This document shows positions 11,990 to 26,800 of a stretch of 64,000 bases of DNA, piece by piece (position 1 is the first letter of the stretch; every line of letters begins with the position of its first letter). This DNA comes from Somniosus microcephalus (lineage: Eukaryota): assembly GCA_052327205.1 (NCBI GenBank), contig CM126202.1, forward strand, positions 118,668,001 to 118,732,000, written 5' to 3'. The notes under the pieces are model-generated. The model made no database searches. It had not been told where the DNA came from and saw nothing but the letters and a program-made list of their open reading frames with translations. Made by a program: the position numbers and the translations under genes.

Positions 11990-14702
11990 GTAAGTAAAAT
12001 CACCTTTGATTAAAAAATAGACTGCAGGGCTCTTGGAGTGAACTCTTGGCAGATGGCATGGGCTTGTTGTGTTACTGATATAGTTAATTCAGCCACTGCT
12101 GCTGTAGCTAATAGTGGGATTATTATGGTTGGGTGGTATAACAGCGTTGATATGTTTCTGAGGCGATTTTGTTTTGTCACTGTATTCGAAATACTCACTG
12201 TTAGACTTGGCTGGCTGCTGAACAGACGGGTGGTTGATGGAAAACCTGACAGAGCTGGGGGTCCTCTGGATCCCGCGAACCCATTTCACGCTCCGAGGGG
12301 TCGCCCCCAGCTTCCGTTCAGCGCAATTCCTATAGAGATGCACCTCTGGGACAAAAAGAAATCCCTGATCACTGCTGTCTCCTAACAGGAAAAAGACATC
12401 TATATTTTCTTCAATTGAACCTCTGTAAGTAGTGTGGCGTGTCATAAGATTGCTGTTTTCTTTAATCTATTGCCGATTTATAGAAGTGCCCATTTATATT
12501 GTACTTTCTTATTTGCTTTACTTTCAGCAATTTAGTATTTAACACTCAAATTGTATTTAAAATCAGAATCTAATCTAGTTAGCCTGTCCATAAAAGTACT
12601 CCAAAGCGTGGGTGATAAAACAAAGTGAATCTTCACAGATGAAAAACATTCATAAAAATAATTTACTTCTGATCAAAGGCGACAGCATATAGTGAAACCA
12701 GATAATTATATTTAAAGCGTAGCCCTTTGAAAATAAAATCTTGCACCACGAAAAGGGATGGTGGAGATCGCTGCGTGTAAAGAAATGTCTTAATCTTAAT
12801 CTTTCTCATTTTCACTTAAATAGTTTTTCCCCTTAGACATCAGCTTCCCCCCCCCTTTATTTTTTGCTGGTAATAGTCCTATTGAGTGATGTAGGCGTGA
12901 GGTGTAAACCGGATTAGCAGAGTCAAAGGGTGAGCACAATGAGGCGGAATTGTTTTACTTCCTTTCATTTCTCACGCCTATATATCTAATAAATTTGTTG
13001 CTACAGCGGTAGGTCAAAGGATCGTGTCGCCAATCGTGTTCGACAAGACGTGATGCTAGGTTGTCAAATGAATGGCCCCTGAAATGATTAAAATTACTTA
13101 CTGAAAGCAGAATTTTTGTGTGTGTTTGTCAGTGTATATATGTCTGTGTGTTGTATCCCTAATTCGGTGTCCATGCTCTGGACAGCATGCAATCCACTTC
13201 TCTTTCAGCTCGATCAGGGGTAATTAGTTGCATTATTTTGACAGTTTTTGTGAGTAGTGCTTTTCCCCCCATCGTGTGTGGGAGAAGCAGAGGGGGAGGC
13301 TTGACATATTGAAACCAGTTACAAGAAAAACTACTGTGTGCTGTGTTTGAAGATTAAAGCTCATTGGAGGACAATATCTACTTCAGTTGAAAAATCTCTG
13401 TTAACTGAAAATAGTTCAAAGAAAAAAGTGCAAACATCTTTCACAATCTGATCAATCCTTATTAATTAGTCCTGACAAAAACAGCTACACTGAAAATGCT
13501 AAATATGTTGCACTCTGAGAAGAGTCAAGGTGATGTGTAATGTCTTTTCCCTCAAAGTGTTCCAGAAGTAAAACCATTGTACAAGAAACCCAAATGAAGC
13601 TAAAGCAATTATATATTTGTAGGATAGTTCTAATTCAAATTCAGTAGTTATTATCAAAAAGCTCCAAAGAAACACTTGGTGCGAGTTTGAAAACGATGTC
13701 GAAAGTCCCAGTTCACTCATGTTCATTGGAATTGAAAATGGGATGAATGATCCATGTCAGTCAGTGAGTCATTTATAGAGAGCCTGCATTTTTTGTACCG
13801 TTGGCGCCAAAGCTGTATAGACATGAGTGGTGTCTTTAAATGCTAAAGATTTAAACCCTATATATGTTGGATTTGGAAGAGTCCAATACGATGTCTAAAT
13901 GTACCATAAATGCATACCTGCTGGCATTGCCTGTTTAGCAGGAGGAAATAATGAAATACTTCAAAAATCTATAGACTGATTATAGCATGGACTGATGGAC
14001 GGAAAGCCATGGCATATAGTAGATGGATGGGCGGATAGACTGAAAAGGGAAACAGCTAAAATAAGTCATAATCACAATATACATTAATTTATGCAAATAT
14101 ACACAATTGGTTAGATTACTAAAACTTGTAGCACAGATATACTTAACAGTCTAAAAAGTTTAATCCTTATTGTAAATTTAAATCGCTGCAAATCAGGCAA
14201 TGATGTTCAAAGAAGGATTATCTAACAATTCAGGGTATTGGATTTTACGTATGTCTCCATCTAACCATAATGTAAATGAAAAATAACATAGTGAAGTTAA
14301 AAAATCTACATAACGTAAAAAGTACGTATCCTTTTAATGTATGAATGAATGGTTGATTAAACATACAGAAATCCTGTTAATAAAACACCATTACAGAAAG
14401 GGCCAAACGCAGGAGAGCCAAAGTAGCTTGCTAGTTGCACTGTGTAATACCCAACTGACAAATAAAATTGATTAAATCCATTTGAGAAAACGATTCTGAC
14501 CACTATGAGGAGACCTTTAGTGATTTGTTGAAGTTAACCCAACCGGGCGTCGAGCGCCGTTTACATGAGCAAGGCATGCATATTAAAGACAACAATGCTT
14601 CCAAATGTAAATAAGGCTAGATTGATTACGAACAACATTATCGCTTCGGAATGGAACACTCGCATGCATTAGCAATGAGGCAAATTGAGGGCATCCATAG
14701 CT

Positions 14703-14711
14703 GACCACCCA
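14703..14711 (+). promoter_or_regulatory. GLI consensus site GACCACCCA between the two promoters
   Basis: Perfect 9-mer. Confidence 0.6.
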
Positions 14712-17682
14712 AGTTGAGAGTTTGTGCTCACACTTCTTCCTTTCTCTCCAGCCATACAGAAACAAGGCAATTATATGCCAAATGTACTCCATCCATCCCC
14801 TTTGCCTTTAAAACAGTTAACTATGGACCACAAGATTAAAATGCACCGCCCTTTTAAACATTTTCCTCTTTTAAATAGAAAACCGTTTATAATAAATTGG
14901 AGGAAGAACTGTCATTGTATCTTAAACATTTTGTCAAAAACGGGCCCCTGAACACATGGAGCCATTATATTTTACCATCAATCAAATGTTTAACATATCA
15001 CAGATTTGCACACAAACAATCAGTACATTTGTCAATGGGTGCGTGGAAATTAGGTTCGCGGCAACTATTGATTAATAACATGACAGGCTAGATACCCGTT
15101 TCAGATAATTGTGTAATGTTAAGATAGAAAATAAATTTCTCATTTAGGCCAGTGTCATAATCTCAGATTCAATTAAAAAGAATTTTCTAGTTAATCTTAT
15201 GAAGCTTTAAATGGACAGAAGTTTAATGATGCCAACAAAATAAATTGATCTTATGCCCTTGACAGTTCCGATATAGGAAACATTATATTTTGTATATAGA
15301 TTAAAATTCGCAGACAAAGAAGACATCCACTTGAACGGATAATGTTCCTTTAAAGTGTCGTGGTACTATTAAATGTGGAAAATTATCAGTTAAGATGGGT
15401 TGGTTTTTACCCGGATTACATTTATCTCTTGAAATTGGATATTACTTTATTCTTCTCTCACGTTTCATCTGTTGTGACGATATTCGATATTTATAAATGT
15501 TTATTCTAAATAGAATACCAAGACTCATAACACACAAACGCCGTATTAAATGATATTTATATACACGTATCACGAGAACATAAAACCCATTTTGAACAGA
15601 AACAGCTGTCGTGGTAGTAAATGCTCGTTCAGAATTTAGATTGCAATTCGACCAATTCATCAATCTTCAAAGTGGTTCGTTGCAGTACCAATTGGGATCT
15701 CTAAGGGGCGTAGTATAAAATATACTTTGGGGGAGAGGTACAAGCATATAAATGTATTCATTACAATAGTATGGTTAAAGATATCGTGTTGCATTACAAT
15801 TAACACCAGCCAGATGAATATTGACCATGGTTTAAATATGTGTGTGTGTTTGCATGCCATATATTCATAATTGGGACCATATTTGCTTTCACAGTCCTAA
15901 TACCAACATTAATACTAATCCATGAAAATACATATTTTACCATATATCTGTAGGTTAGATGTAAATACAGTCGAACTAAATTTAAATAGACAATGATTAA
16001 ATAAAACTCCCTTGTACCTAAATGTATAAATTGAATAAATTAAATAAGTAAAAGTGATAATGTTTAGTTATTTATAATAGTGGAGAATGAGTCTTCCATT
16101 TACTCAAAATATGTATGAATTATGAAATCCAGCTGTTCTAAGAATGAAGATATTTGCTTCAAAGTAAAAATGCGAAATGTGTAAACATTCGTTGTATAAA
16201 CGGATTCGATTTATATTTAATATTGTAGTAAATAATGCTTTATTATGCAAAATATGTTCAATTAATGGTAATTGCTACTTCCTATTTTTGGATTTATAAA
16301 GCGCGACATGTTAGATTTATCCTTTCTCTGGTGTTTATGTATTGTTATTCTACTTCCGTTTGATCTCATGTCAAAACGTTAGCAATACTGAGCAAACAAT
16401 CCCGTACGCCTACCCGATCCACCGTGTGCATTACCCACATGCCCATATTTCAGCCCGTACATACCATGTGATTTCTGCCCCCCCCCGTCATTATGTACTG
16501 TTATTCCAATTTAAACTTGAATTTGTTATAACATACTGTAGTGTCACGTTACAGTATTGCGCACGATAAAATAATACATCTCAATGAGCCCAACTTAAGG
16601 CCTTGAAATACTATATAATTGTGACACTGAATGAAAGGACGATTGAAAAAAAAAATTCCTCCTAAAGTGGACTATGCCTCTTCAAACTTCCACTCGGAGT
16701 ACTGGTAAATGGTACAGTATTGGATAACGGCGAATGGATAGATCTTGTTAGGAATGCAGGCTTGTCTCAAATGCTATACGCGCCAGCGCACATGAAGGTG
16801 AAATTCAACTTAGCAGGTTTCCTTCCCCCGTCACCTCCTTCCCTTCCAGAAATTAACAGAAGTCTGTTAATTAGCCATGCAAATCACATTGATCCTGATG
16901 GAGTTTGACAGGACCACTGAGGGTTTTGTTTTCTTCCTTTGCTACTACTGTAATTCAGCCATTCTCACATTGTTGCAGCGCGTCGCCCTGGGTACGCCGG
17001 TCACATGACCTCCAGTGAAACTCCCCTATCTCTCAATGAATAAAATGAAAACGTGTATGTGTGTGGTTTGTGCGGGGGCGGGCTGGAGGGATGTGGGAGA
17101 TTTTTTTGATTAAAAATGAAAGATAACCTTATTTGTATCTAAAGTCCCCGGTGGAAAAAAATAAGGTTTAATCATTTTCCAAAAGATTTGTATCTAGTCG
17201 GATAACTTTCCCATATATTCTGGGCGTTATTTAAAAGTTTATTTTGTTTTTGTGTGGTTTGGGAAAGAACAGCTATTAAGATTTCGAGTGAAAGCACACA
17301 GAAAAAAATCTGGCACTTCCCACTGCACGATCCAGAGACTGTCATTATTTGTGCAAGCCTGGCGATTCAACTGAGACCTCCCAGCATTTGTTACAACTTG
17401 AGGCCAAGATACCGCTAAAGAATTTTCATTTAAACAAGAGCAAGTGCCTCAAAAAGTTCAATCTACTCGCGAGAATCGGCCTCTCTGTAATCTACAGAAA
17501 CCCCGATGTGTGGCTAAAGGAAGAAAAATAATCCTAGGATCGTATCTTTATATATGTTTTTTAAAAACTCTTGTTTTACCAAGTGCGTGCGAAAGAGAGA
17601 GAGGGAGCCGGGAGTGAAGGGCTATGATTTCTTTCAGGCGAACCGCGGCTCCCCTGAAGTGGGGATGGATGCATTCACAGCC

Positions 17683-17770
17683 TGGGTGGTCTCTCTACTT
17701 TGGTGAGCTGTTGCTAAGCAGCTAATAATAGTCGTGTTTGCTGAGTAATTTCTGCCTTCCTCAGCCAATC
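17683..17770 (+). promoter_or_regulatory. Proximal PTCH1 promoter: GLI site TGGGTGGTC (17683-17691) and CCAAT box (17765-17769)
   Basis: CTGGGTGGTCTCTCTACTTTGGTGAGCTG matches the recalled mammalian PTCH1 promoter GLI element; AGCCAATCAG follows; about 520 bp upstream of the ATG. Confidence 0.85.
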
Positions 17771-18206
17771 AGAGCCAAGCAATACAAGCCTTCTCCCAGC
17801 CATCTGACGGCCCTGGAGGCGGGTTTTTGCTTTCCTTCCCCCCTAAATGGAGAGAGAGGCTTTTTTTCTATTGAATCAAGGCTCACAGAGTTCCAGGGCC
17901 TGTTGCACAGAATGGTTCAAGCGAGTGATCGGTGCGGGTAAACTTCCGAGTCTCTGTAAGAAGGTGAACATTTTCAAGCTCCCCTCTCCGATCTCTTTTA
18001 AAGCGCACAGCTCCCCGTGAATGTAGAAGATCGCCAGGATCCCCCAGATCGCGAAATGTGGGAATGGAAGGCGCAAACTTTGACTCGCCATCGCTACGAG
18101 GAGTATGAAGTTTGCCAGACAGCATCTACTTTGTTGAGGATTAAAGTGGCCGTTTGGTGGAACCTAAGACGGTGTGTGATTATACTACCCCAGTCCCATC
18201 AACAAC

Positions 18207-18374
18207 ATGGCCTCGGCTGTTAACATTACGGAGCGCCGAAGGACAGAGGAGGACCATGTTCAGCAAAACAGGAGGAGGATAAGGAGAAACCTGCGGCATC
18301 CGACAGCGGTTTTAGATTATCTGGAACGGCCGAGCTATTGCGATGCTGCCTTTGCGCTGGATCAGATCTCAAAG
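18207..18374 (+). CDS. PTCH1: Patched homolog 1, coding exon 1 (1B-type)
   Basis: AACATGG Kozak; MASAVN...DYLERPSYCDAAFALDQISK; AAG|GTGCAT donor; 168 nt. Confidence 0.95.
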
Positions 18375-19525
18375 GTGCATTTCCAGTTTGTAAAACCCTC
18401 TTTTTTTCTTCTTTTTTTGTGCACCGGGGGCCTTTTGTGTTCCCCATTATTATCCATAAGCGGTAGAGTGGGAGCTGAACGCCGCCGGATCATTGCTTAT
18501 TACCCGTGTTATCACCGAATATCTAAAAAAGGTGAAAGTTTTAATCAAGAGTAAACAAAGCTCAGCTCTCCGAGCGGTGTTTCCAGAGTTGCTGCAGCAC
18601 AAGTAGCACGGAACATCGACACACTTGGATGTGTGTGTGGGATTTCTTGTTTCTTAACACGCCATTTTTTGCATATAAATACTTTAAACCGAAGAGGATC
18701 CCGGAGTATCTTTAAAAAAACACAAGAGACAGAAAAATCCCGGCTGCGTGTTTAAGTTTTAAAGTAAACAAAAAGCGAAACATTCTTTAAGCGATCGTAT
18801 CTGTTCAGAGTAGGGTTATAAGCTGAAATCCATGTGGCTGCCCTCTTCCGTTCGCAAATATTGTCGTAACTCTCAGATGGCTGCTTCACTTCCTAATTCA
18901 GATCACAGCGTCCTGATACTGCTATGGAAATGAATTACTCCAGCTTATGATGTTACAGCAGAGCAACCACGTGGATGTACTATTTGCTACTATGTATTCC
19001 ATTAGATGGTGACCCTATAAATGTGGTTGTTACATTGAATATGCTAGTTCCGAAAACTTAACACGTTGATCCTTTTAGGGGTTTAACTTTTATTTTTCCC
19101 TGAAAAAGAGCATATATGCATTTCTGTTGTCCTCTTAATTCATTTGCTTTAAAAATATATAACGATGGATTTCAAACCATCAGAAATCAATCTTTTTACA
19201 ACATCTGTATTTCACTCCCCATAGTCGCCTGTCACCACTGCAGGTTGGATTGCAACGATATTCAACTCAGACAGATGAAGTGACAGTCGCTGCAGAGACT
19301 TGCCGTCACCTTTAGTAATATAATACGTCTGCGCCAATATGTAGTGAACATTGTTTAATGGTGCTAGTTTAGGTACAAACATTGCGATGTAAAACATTAT
19401 TTTCTAACAGAAATATTATTGCAACTGGAAATCGTCAATCAAAAGGAATGCTGTCTCTTTAAGGATGCGGTTGTCCGCTGAGTTCTCTCAGTTCCTCAAG
19501 TATCTCTTCTGGTCTTTTTTTTTAG

Positions 19526-19852
<327 letters not shown>

Positions 19853-22800
19853 TAGCTATTTGGCCAAGAGCCAAGGAAAAGTTACAAAGAACTTGCTGTA
19901 ATCCATTATGATGAATTTCTACATTTGTGTAAACCTTGCGGAGTCTGGTGTTAGGGGTGATGATAGTGATTTGTGGCATATTGTTTAGGGGAGGGGGGCA
20001 TTAAAAAGTTTTTTTTAAGTAGAGTTTGTCAAAGCCGCCATTTTGTGAGTGCCCCCAGCAGCAGAATTTGATCAGTGCAGCTCTCTGTGAGTGAGTGTGT
20101 GTGTGGTCCTGTTTTGGACAGCTTTCAACTTTCAAAAAAACATTTGTCTCAGGAAAAAAGTGAAGTCGTACAGACTGGAACGCATGTTTGCAAAGTAGAT
20201 TAATGTAACCTAGCGGGTGGTGACGTATGTTTAATGTAATTGCAGTTAGTATTGCATTAAAAAAAGTTTTCTATAAGTAGTGTTTTTTTTCTGTGGGAGA
20301 AAACTAAATTCAATGAAGAACGATTTTGTGAGCTTTGATCAATATTCTAGTGGTTAAAACAATGGGGCAAAAATGGTGAATTGTTAATTGATGCATGAGT
20401 ACTTCAGGATCTGAAATGCAGTTCGTGAGCTTTTAGTACTGCAAATGAACAGTTTTTATTGTTTGGGAAAAATGAAAACATTGTTATTTGTCTAAATACT
20501 GTCAAATGTTTGACACACAGTACTATCTTACAAATTAAAAGTAGACTGTGAAGCGTATGATTAATAAGCTGTGTAGGGGTAAAGTTTTTTTTATTTACAA
20601 TTTTAGTGTAATATTTGTGTATATATCATATGAAACCTCATTTCATCTGTTAAAGAGGTTTTATTTATATTGTTAAAGTCTCATGAAAGAACAACATTTA
20701 ATAAATGCTTAATTTTATGCTTTTTAATATAAAAGTTTCAACATACACTATTTTAATGACTATCCCTCTATGTTCTTTTTATTTTCACCTTGTTTACAGT
20801 TTTTTGCTACCTGTAGCTGCTTTTATATGATTTTGTCTTCTCATTTGCTTCACATATTGCCTTTGTCCCTCTGTCTTCCCTCCCCCTCCCCAAATGGCTG
20901 ACAGCAGCAGGAATCTTGTGTAGCTGTGTGTGTTCTCAGTGGAGTGTGTAACGCTTTGGTCACGAACATGGGCACTGCACAAATAAACCAAATGAGCAGC
21001 AGTTGCATATTTCTGTGGTTAAATGTATAAACAGAAGGGAGTGCAGAGTGAGGAACTGAACAGAGGAGTTATGGGGGGTCTGTATGGGGACCAGTTTTCC
21101 TGGTTTGCAAAAAATTGACATTTTAAATGGCAGGAGATAAAAATCATCACTAATGACAGTTTGACAACCTTTAATGTTCAGTCCATCAATTTTTAATCAA
21201 AAAGCTTTGAAGCATTTCAGTGTAAAGCTAATTTGACCTAGTGTAGAAAAGTATTGCTTTGATAGTCTACAGATCACCAGGTGTTGATGAAATACAGTTA
21301 ATATACCTTGCTGATGAGATTGTGCTCAGGGTTTCATTTAAAAAACTGTATTTCAAATTGATGTGCGGATACAAAATCATTTTAATTAATTAAGTTATTG
21401 TTTTGACCATTTTAAAGATAGTTATTTACCGGATTCTCATAATTCATGGCAGCAGTGTGTGTGGATTTTTGTGTGCATATTGAGAAATGTGTACAATATC
21501 TATCCCATTGAATGAGGATGGATGAAGACAACATTTACTATATCTAGTCTTCATAAGATTCTGGTTTCTAAAGGAGTGTGATGCTCACTAAATACAATAG
21601 GATTCTGTAAATTTTCAGTTTCCTCCCAAACAAACTCTTAAAAGTTATAATATGGTTATTCCAGAAGTGAATAAATGGTACTTTTTAACATACCCTAACA
21701 TATGAACCTTTCTACACACAAAGACATGGATTTAAATGTTATACAACATTTATAGCCAAAGATTATCATAATGGACTTTTGGAACAGTGTTAGGAGATTT
21801 ATAACATATTGTTTTAATTTTTTCTTTTAGCCATTTGTGCCGCCGCCATTATTTACCTCTTCAGTATGTGACCTCACTGTTTTTTGCTCCACACTTTATT
21901 CACCAGCAGGCACACTTGAGTAATATGGGATGGTTACCATCCAAATTTTCTCTTCTTTCTTCTGACCATGATTGACAGATGCTCTCTAGGAGAAACTTGA
22001 GTGTGGATGTCATTTGTTACTGAAATTGATGTAGTTATAGGGCTTCTTGTGATAATTTTAAAAAAATCAATGGATTTTCTTTTGCAATTGGTCAATTGAT
22101 AAGAATAATTGGGTATATTAAATCATCACTAAGTTTATATTCTGTGTCTGGCACTGTTAGCATCCTTCAGAACAAACTACAGCTTATTCAGATCATGTAT
22201 CCAATTGAAGCAGCCAGTGCCAACTGCCTTGTTAATGAACAAAAAGACCAAAAATATTGTTCAGTGTTTGGTTAATATGACAATGTTCACAGTCTTCTAG
22301 AAAAAGGACCTCACTGACCAGATCAAACATGTTTCTTGTACTGTGCCATAACATACTAAGCCACATCATACCCTTTGACATTGAACCGGGTGCTTTCAGT
22401 GCAAATTAATTAATTTTCTTCTGGAAAAAAATGTAATTGATTACAAACATAACTGATCCTAAAACAAAATTTCAAACTGGGGTCCTTGCACCTTAGATCA
22501 TCAGATTTTGATGTTTTTCTCTATTTGTTGACTATTACTATTTATTTCTGCTAATCAAGCTATTTCAGCAATGATAGTACTGTTTGATGACCACCATTCC
22601 AAAAGAAATAATATAATTAACTAATTAGTTGAATACTCAATATTTGTGAAAAGCTTAAAATTTACATTAAGTTAAATGTATCTGTGATTACATGTATAAA
22701 ATACTAAACATCTGGGAGCAGGTTAAGTACATAAGAAAGGACAAAATGAGAAAAAAGACCACTTGGCCCATCAAGGCCATTCCTTCCACATATCCACTAC

Positions 22801-23429
22801 AAATTTAGCTTTTTTTGTTTTCAAATTGTTCTTTACAGAGCTTCCCAGTCCATACGGAACAATCCACCTGCAGAATAAACATCAATCAATCTACCACTAC
22901 CAAAAATAATTGTCACTAAAGTATGGCAGATCAAAATTAAAAGTATAATAAGATTGGTAATTTCACTACCAGTTTACACAACTACCATTTATTAGACATG
23001 GATTATAATTATGGCAGGTCAGTCAGTGTCAACAAAATTGAATATAATCAATGAAGAATCCAGCTGTACAACATGTACTAGCATGCAATAAGCATTAACA
23101 CTTCCTATAATCTACCCTGGGCAGCACTATTACAGTAGTATATAAACTTAAGATAGCACAATGATGAGTAAATTACTTTTTTCACTGAAGTGTTTTCTGC
23201 CAGTTCATGCACTCACCATACAAAAATACTGGGATCAGACCTTATTATCTTCTACACCTCTTAATTCGCTAAGTTTGGTTTGGAAGTTGATTTGGGTTCT
23301 CCGAGACAGTATAAATTAGCTCTCGAGAACCATAGTGAACTCAAGAGTTATTCACTTTCAGTTCACATGGTGTAGTGTAACTGCACCTTTTGATCATCTC
23401 AATGTGTACGTTCTCTTGTAACCTTCAAT

Positions 23430-23870
23430 TGTGTTCCAAACTCCAGGTGTTTATCCAGCTTTTATTTTGCTGGGAGTTGTTTTCACATATCCAGTACACA
23501 TTGGGGTGGGGGGGAGGTGATGGAATTCTTCTGTTCTCCAGACTTGTTTTAGGCTTGTTAATTTTAAATTGTATCCTCTGGCTCTGCACTCACTATGCTG
23601 GTAAAATAGTCTGCTCATATCTACATCATGTATGCCTCTCAACATTTTAATGACCTGGACCATGTCCATCTCAAGCTTCTCAAATGAAAACAAGTTCAAC
23701 AAATCTCATAACCTACAGCTCTAAATCCCAGAAACATTATTGTTACTTTTTTCTGAACGCTCTCCAACATATCAATGTCCTTTTGTAGGTAAGGTACCCA
23801 AAGTTGCACACAGTATTTAAAATGTGACCTCACCAGTGGTTTGTACAAGGTAGAATAATCTGTTTTGACT
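23430..23870 (-). mobile_element. Old CR1-type LINE fragment
   Basis: LYKPLVRSHFKYCVQLWVPYLQKDIDMLESVQKKVT, then degenerate LNLFSFEK..RARGYNLKL. Confidence 0.75.
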
Positions 23871-26800
23871 TTAATCAATTTCATGAGATACAAAGTTGGC
23901 AGAGCAAATTTTAATAATTCAGCTGAAACTGCAGATATTATTCCATATTCAACCTAAATAATAACATCATGTGACATCAACACTGTAATACTGTACATAT
24001 AGGTTTCAGCCACTTTTCCAAACGCCTATTTCTCTTGCTTGAGATTTCTAACTCCCCATACCCCATAAAGCACCTTGGAAAGTTTCATTATGTAAAAGAT
24101 GCTATAAAAGTTGATATTGCAGTATGCTATTGGAGGATACACAGTTGTGCAGTTGCTTCTTGAAAAAAAATTGTCCATGTTATTCCATAATAATGCACAG
24201 TTCACACTAATGGGTATTGCATTCTTGACTACTGTTGCGATCTCAAAGCTACATTTGGCTATACTTTCAGTTCTGCAGGGGTGTCCTCAGACCAAAACTC
24301 CCTTGGCCCAGGGAATCTTTGGTTGAAGTAATGGCCAATACTTCAGTAAACCTTCAATGCATCGACAGTTCTAAAAATGGAATTTCTAGCCATATGAAAT
24401 GCTGGCCTTTAAAAAAATGTTGTTTATTCTCATTTTAAAAAGTTGTAAAACATGTCTGTATCTACTGTAATAAACGGGTATAATAGGTATTGAAAAATAA
24501 CTCACAATCCACATCACCAGAAATCCATGCGAAGGTGTGTCTATTACATTGACACATTTTATTATAGAGGTTGGGCTACCAGTTCACCCTCTTTGGGATT
24601 TGCAAATACAAAAAGCCATTTTGCTATTGTGCGTATTAATTCTGCTTTAAGCAAAGTCCTTTAAATATGTTCCTGATTTTAGTCAATGCTGTGAAAGTTT
24701 GGTTGGGAATCATTTTGTTTGTTTTCAACTCTCCGAAAATAATTCGACTGCTTTACTTACCTGTTTAGTCTTTATTAAGAAGCTCCACAATGTATTAGTC
24801 ATTTCTAGTTTGGGGTTCAATATTGAAACATCAATTTTAGCATCTTTTTGATACTGGTAAATAGGGACGAGTCTTCTACAAGAATACAGTGTAACATCTA
24901 ATTTCTTGTGCTTCGCAGTACAGTAGCACATTGGAATATCCACTCATCAGAGACTGCTTTCACTAAACTAGGCATCTTAGACATTTACATGTTGAATCAA
25001 CTTCTGTTGCACTGGTATCCTATATATTTCGCCTTCTTCAAAATTCAGGTCAATGGAGCAGCGTTTAAGTTTGGCAGAAATGCCAATTGTGTTAAGAGTA
25101 GTTTTGAAATAAAATTCCTTTTTAATATTGTGTTATAATCAATTACCTCACATTGCATAATATGCAGTTAATAAAAAGCATCTTATCTGACACATGCAAA
25201 GCCCTCCTCATTGCAGTATTGGACAATACAGGACAACATATAGTTATTCTTTTAAGCACATGTAGATTTTAGGATTTATTTTACAAGGCTCTGACCCTCA
25301 TGCATGTAAAAAAAAACAGTTTGTATGCTGGACCAGTGTTTAAACTGTACATATCTGTGCTTGAAGACTAAAAGAAGACAGCTTCCAGATGTATGAACTG
25401 AGTGATCCATTTGTTTAGATTATGCTCCACAGCTGATGCTTAGATTAGTGCTGGCTGGACGAAGCTATGGGAGATTTGTCTGGTTTCCACGATGCCATGT
25501 TTATATTTCATTTGGATTCCTCCTTCAAAGCTGACCTCCCTGTGACCTGCTGATAGGCTATGTCCACTAGGATACTAGCTTCATCTTGGCTGCAACTGAT
25601 CTCAAATTGAAAAACTCAGGTTATGTCTTTTTTTTCTATTCTGTTTTTATTGTCCTGTTTTGGGATTAACTTTGTCCAAATAATTTTGACCTTGTGCTGA
25701 GATGTTGCTGATGGAAGTTGAAAGTAACCGGTCCATTACATCTTGTTGCACTTTGAGAATGTATTGTGACAACAGACTGGCTTACTATATATGAAGATTA
25801 AGATGTGCAGTCCTTTGTGTTTATGATTTAATTAGATTAAAAAGTAGTTTAATTCCATTGTTTATGGGATGGAGGGCAAAGTGGTTGATGCTATCATTAT
25901 ATTTAGTGATAAATATCAAAATAAAAGTATTACAAAAGGGAAAAGGAAACAAATGGCTAGTGTACAGTTTTTAAAATAGTATTGCTTAAAGGCTTTTGGC
26001 CCAAGGCTAAGGAATCCTACCCAAAAATGCCATATGTATTACACAATCAAGCACTGCAATGTAAACAGAATACTGTGCCATGGAAGCAGGGTGGTCTAAA
26101 CCTCCATCCCACTCCCCCCCCCCCCACTCTTAAAAAATCCTCTCTGCTGTGAAATGACCACAGTAGTTGTAGTGTTATTTCTGTTTTGGCTGCTGAGCCA
26201 GGTTTTGGAACAAAACTGACAGTGAGCATTTGAATTATTATAAGGCTCTGCACTGCCAAAGAACTGCAACTGAATTCAAAATCCAGTAGAATCTGGGTCA
26301 GATGTAATTGTCTCACTGTTTTTAAACAATTTATAATATACATATATGAAATTCTAGTAACATCATGAATTTCACCTGTTTTATATATATATATAACATT
26401 TTCTGCAAACAGTATAGCCCAATTTCAAGGTGTCTAAAACCTCATTGCCTTTGGTCTAGGATGTCCCTTTAGTAAAAGGGAATTCTATTTGAAATGTAAA
26501 TGTCTTTAAACTGCTTCTAAATATGCAGCCTTTGTATGATTTATTCTTCAACAAACTCTGAAGGTGTTTGATATTTAAGTGGCTCAAAATGTGTGTACCA
26601 TTTTTTTCTTTAAAAGTAGACGGCTGCCTTTCCCCTGAGCATTCTGAAGGTGATTGTTGCAAAGTAGCTTTGACAAGTCCAAAATTATTTTATTGTTAAT
26701 TGGTAATTCATTTATTCTCTGAAATAATGGAGGAGGTGAATTCTTTCTATAAGCTTTTCTTACTACTTTTATTGTTTTAATACCTGCTGTAAAAGAAACA

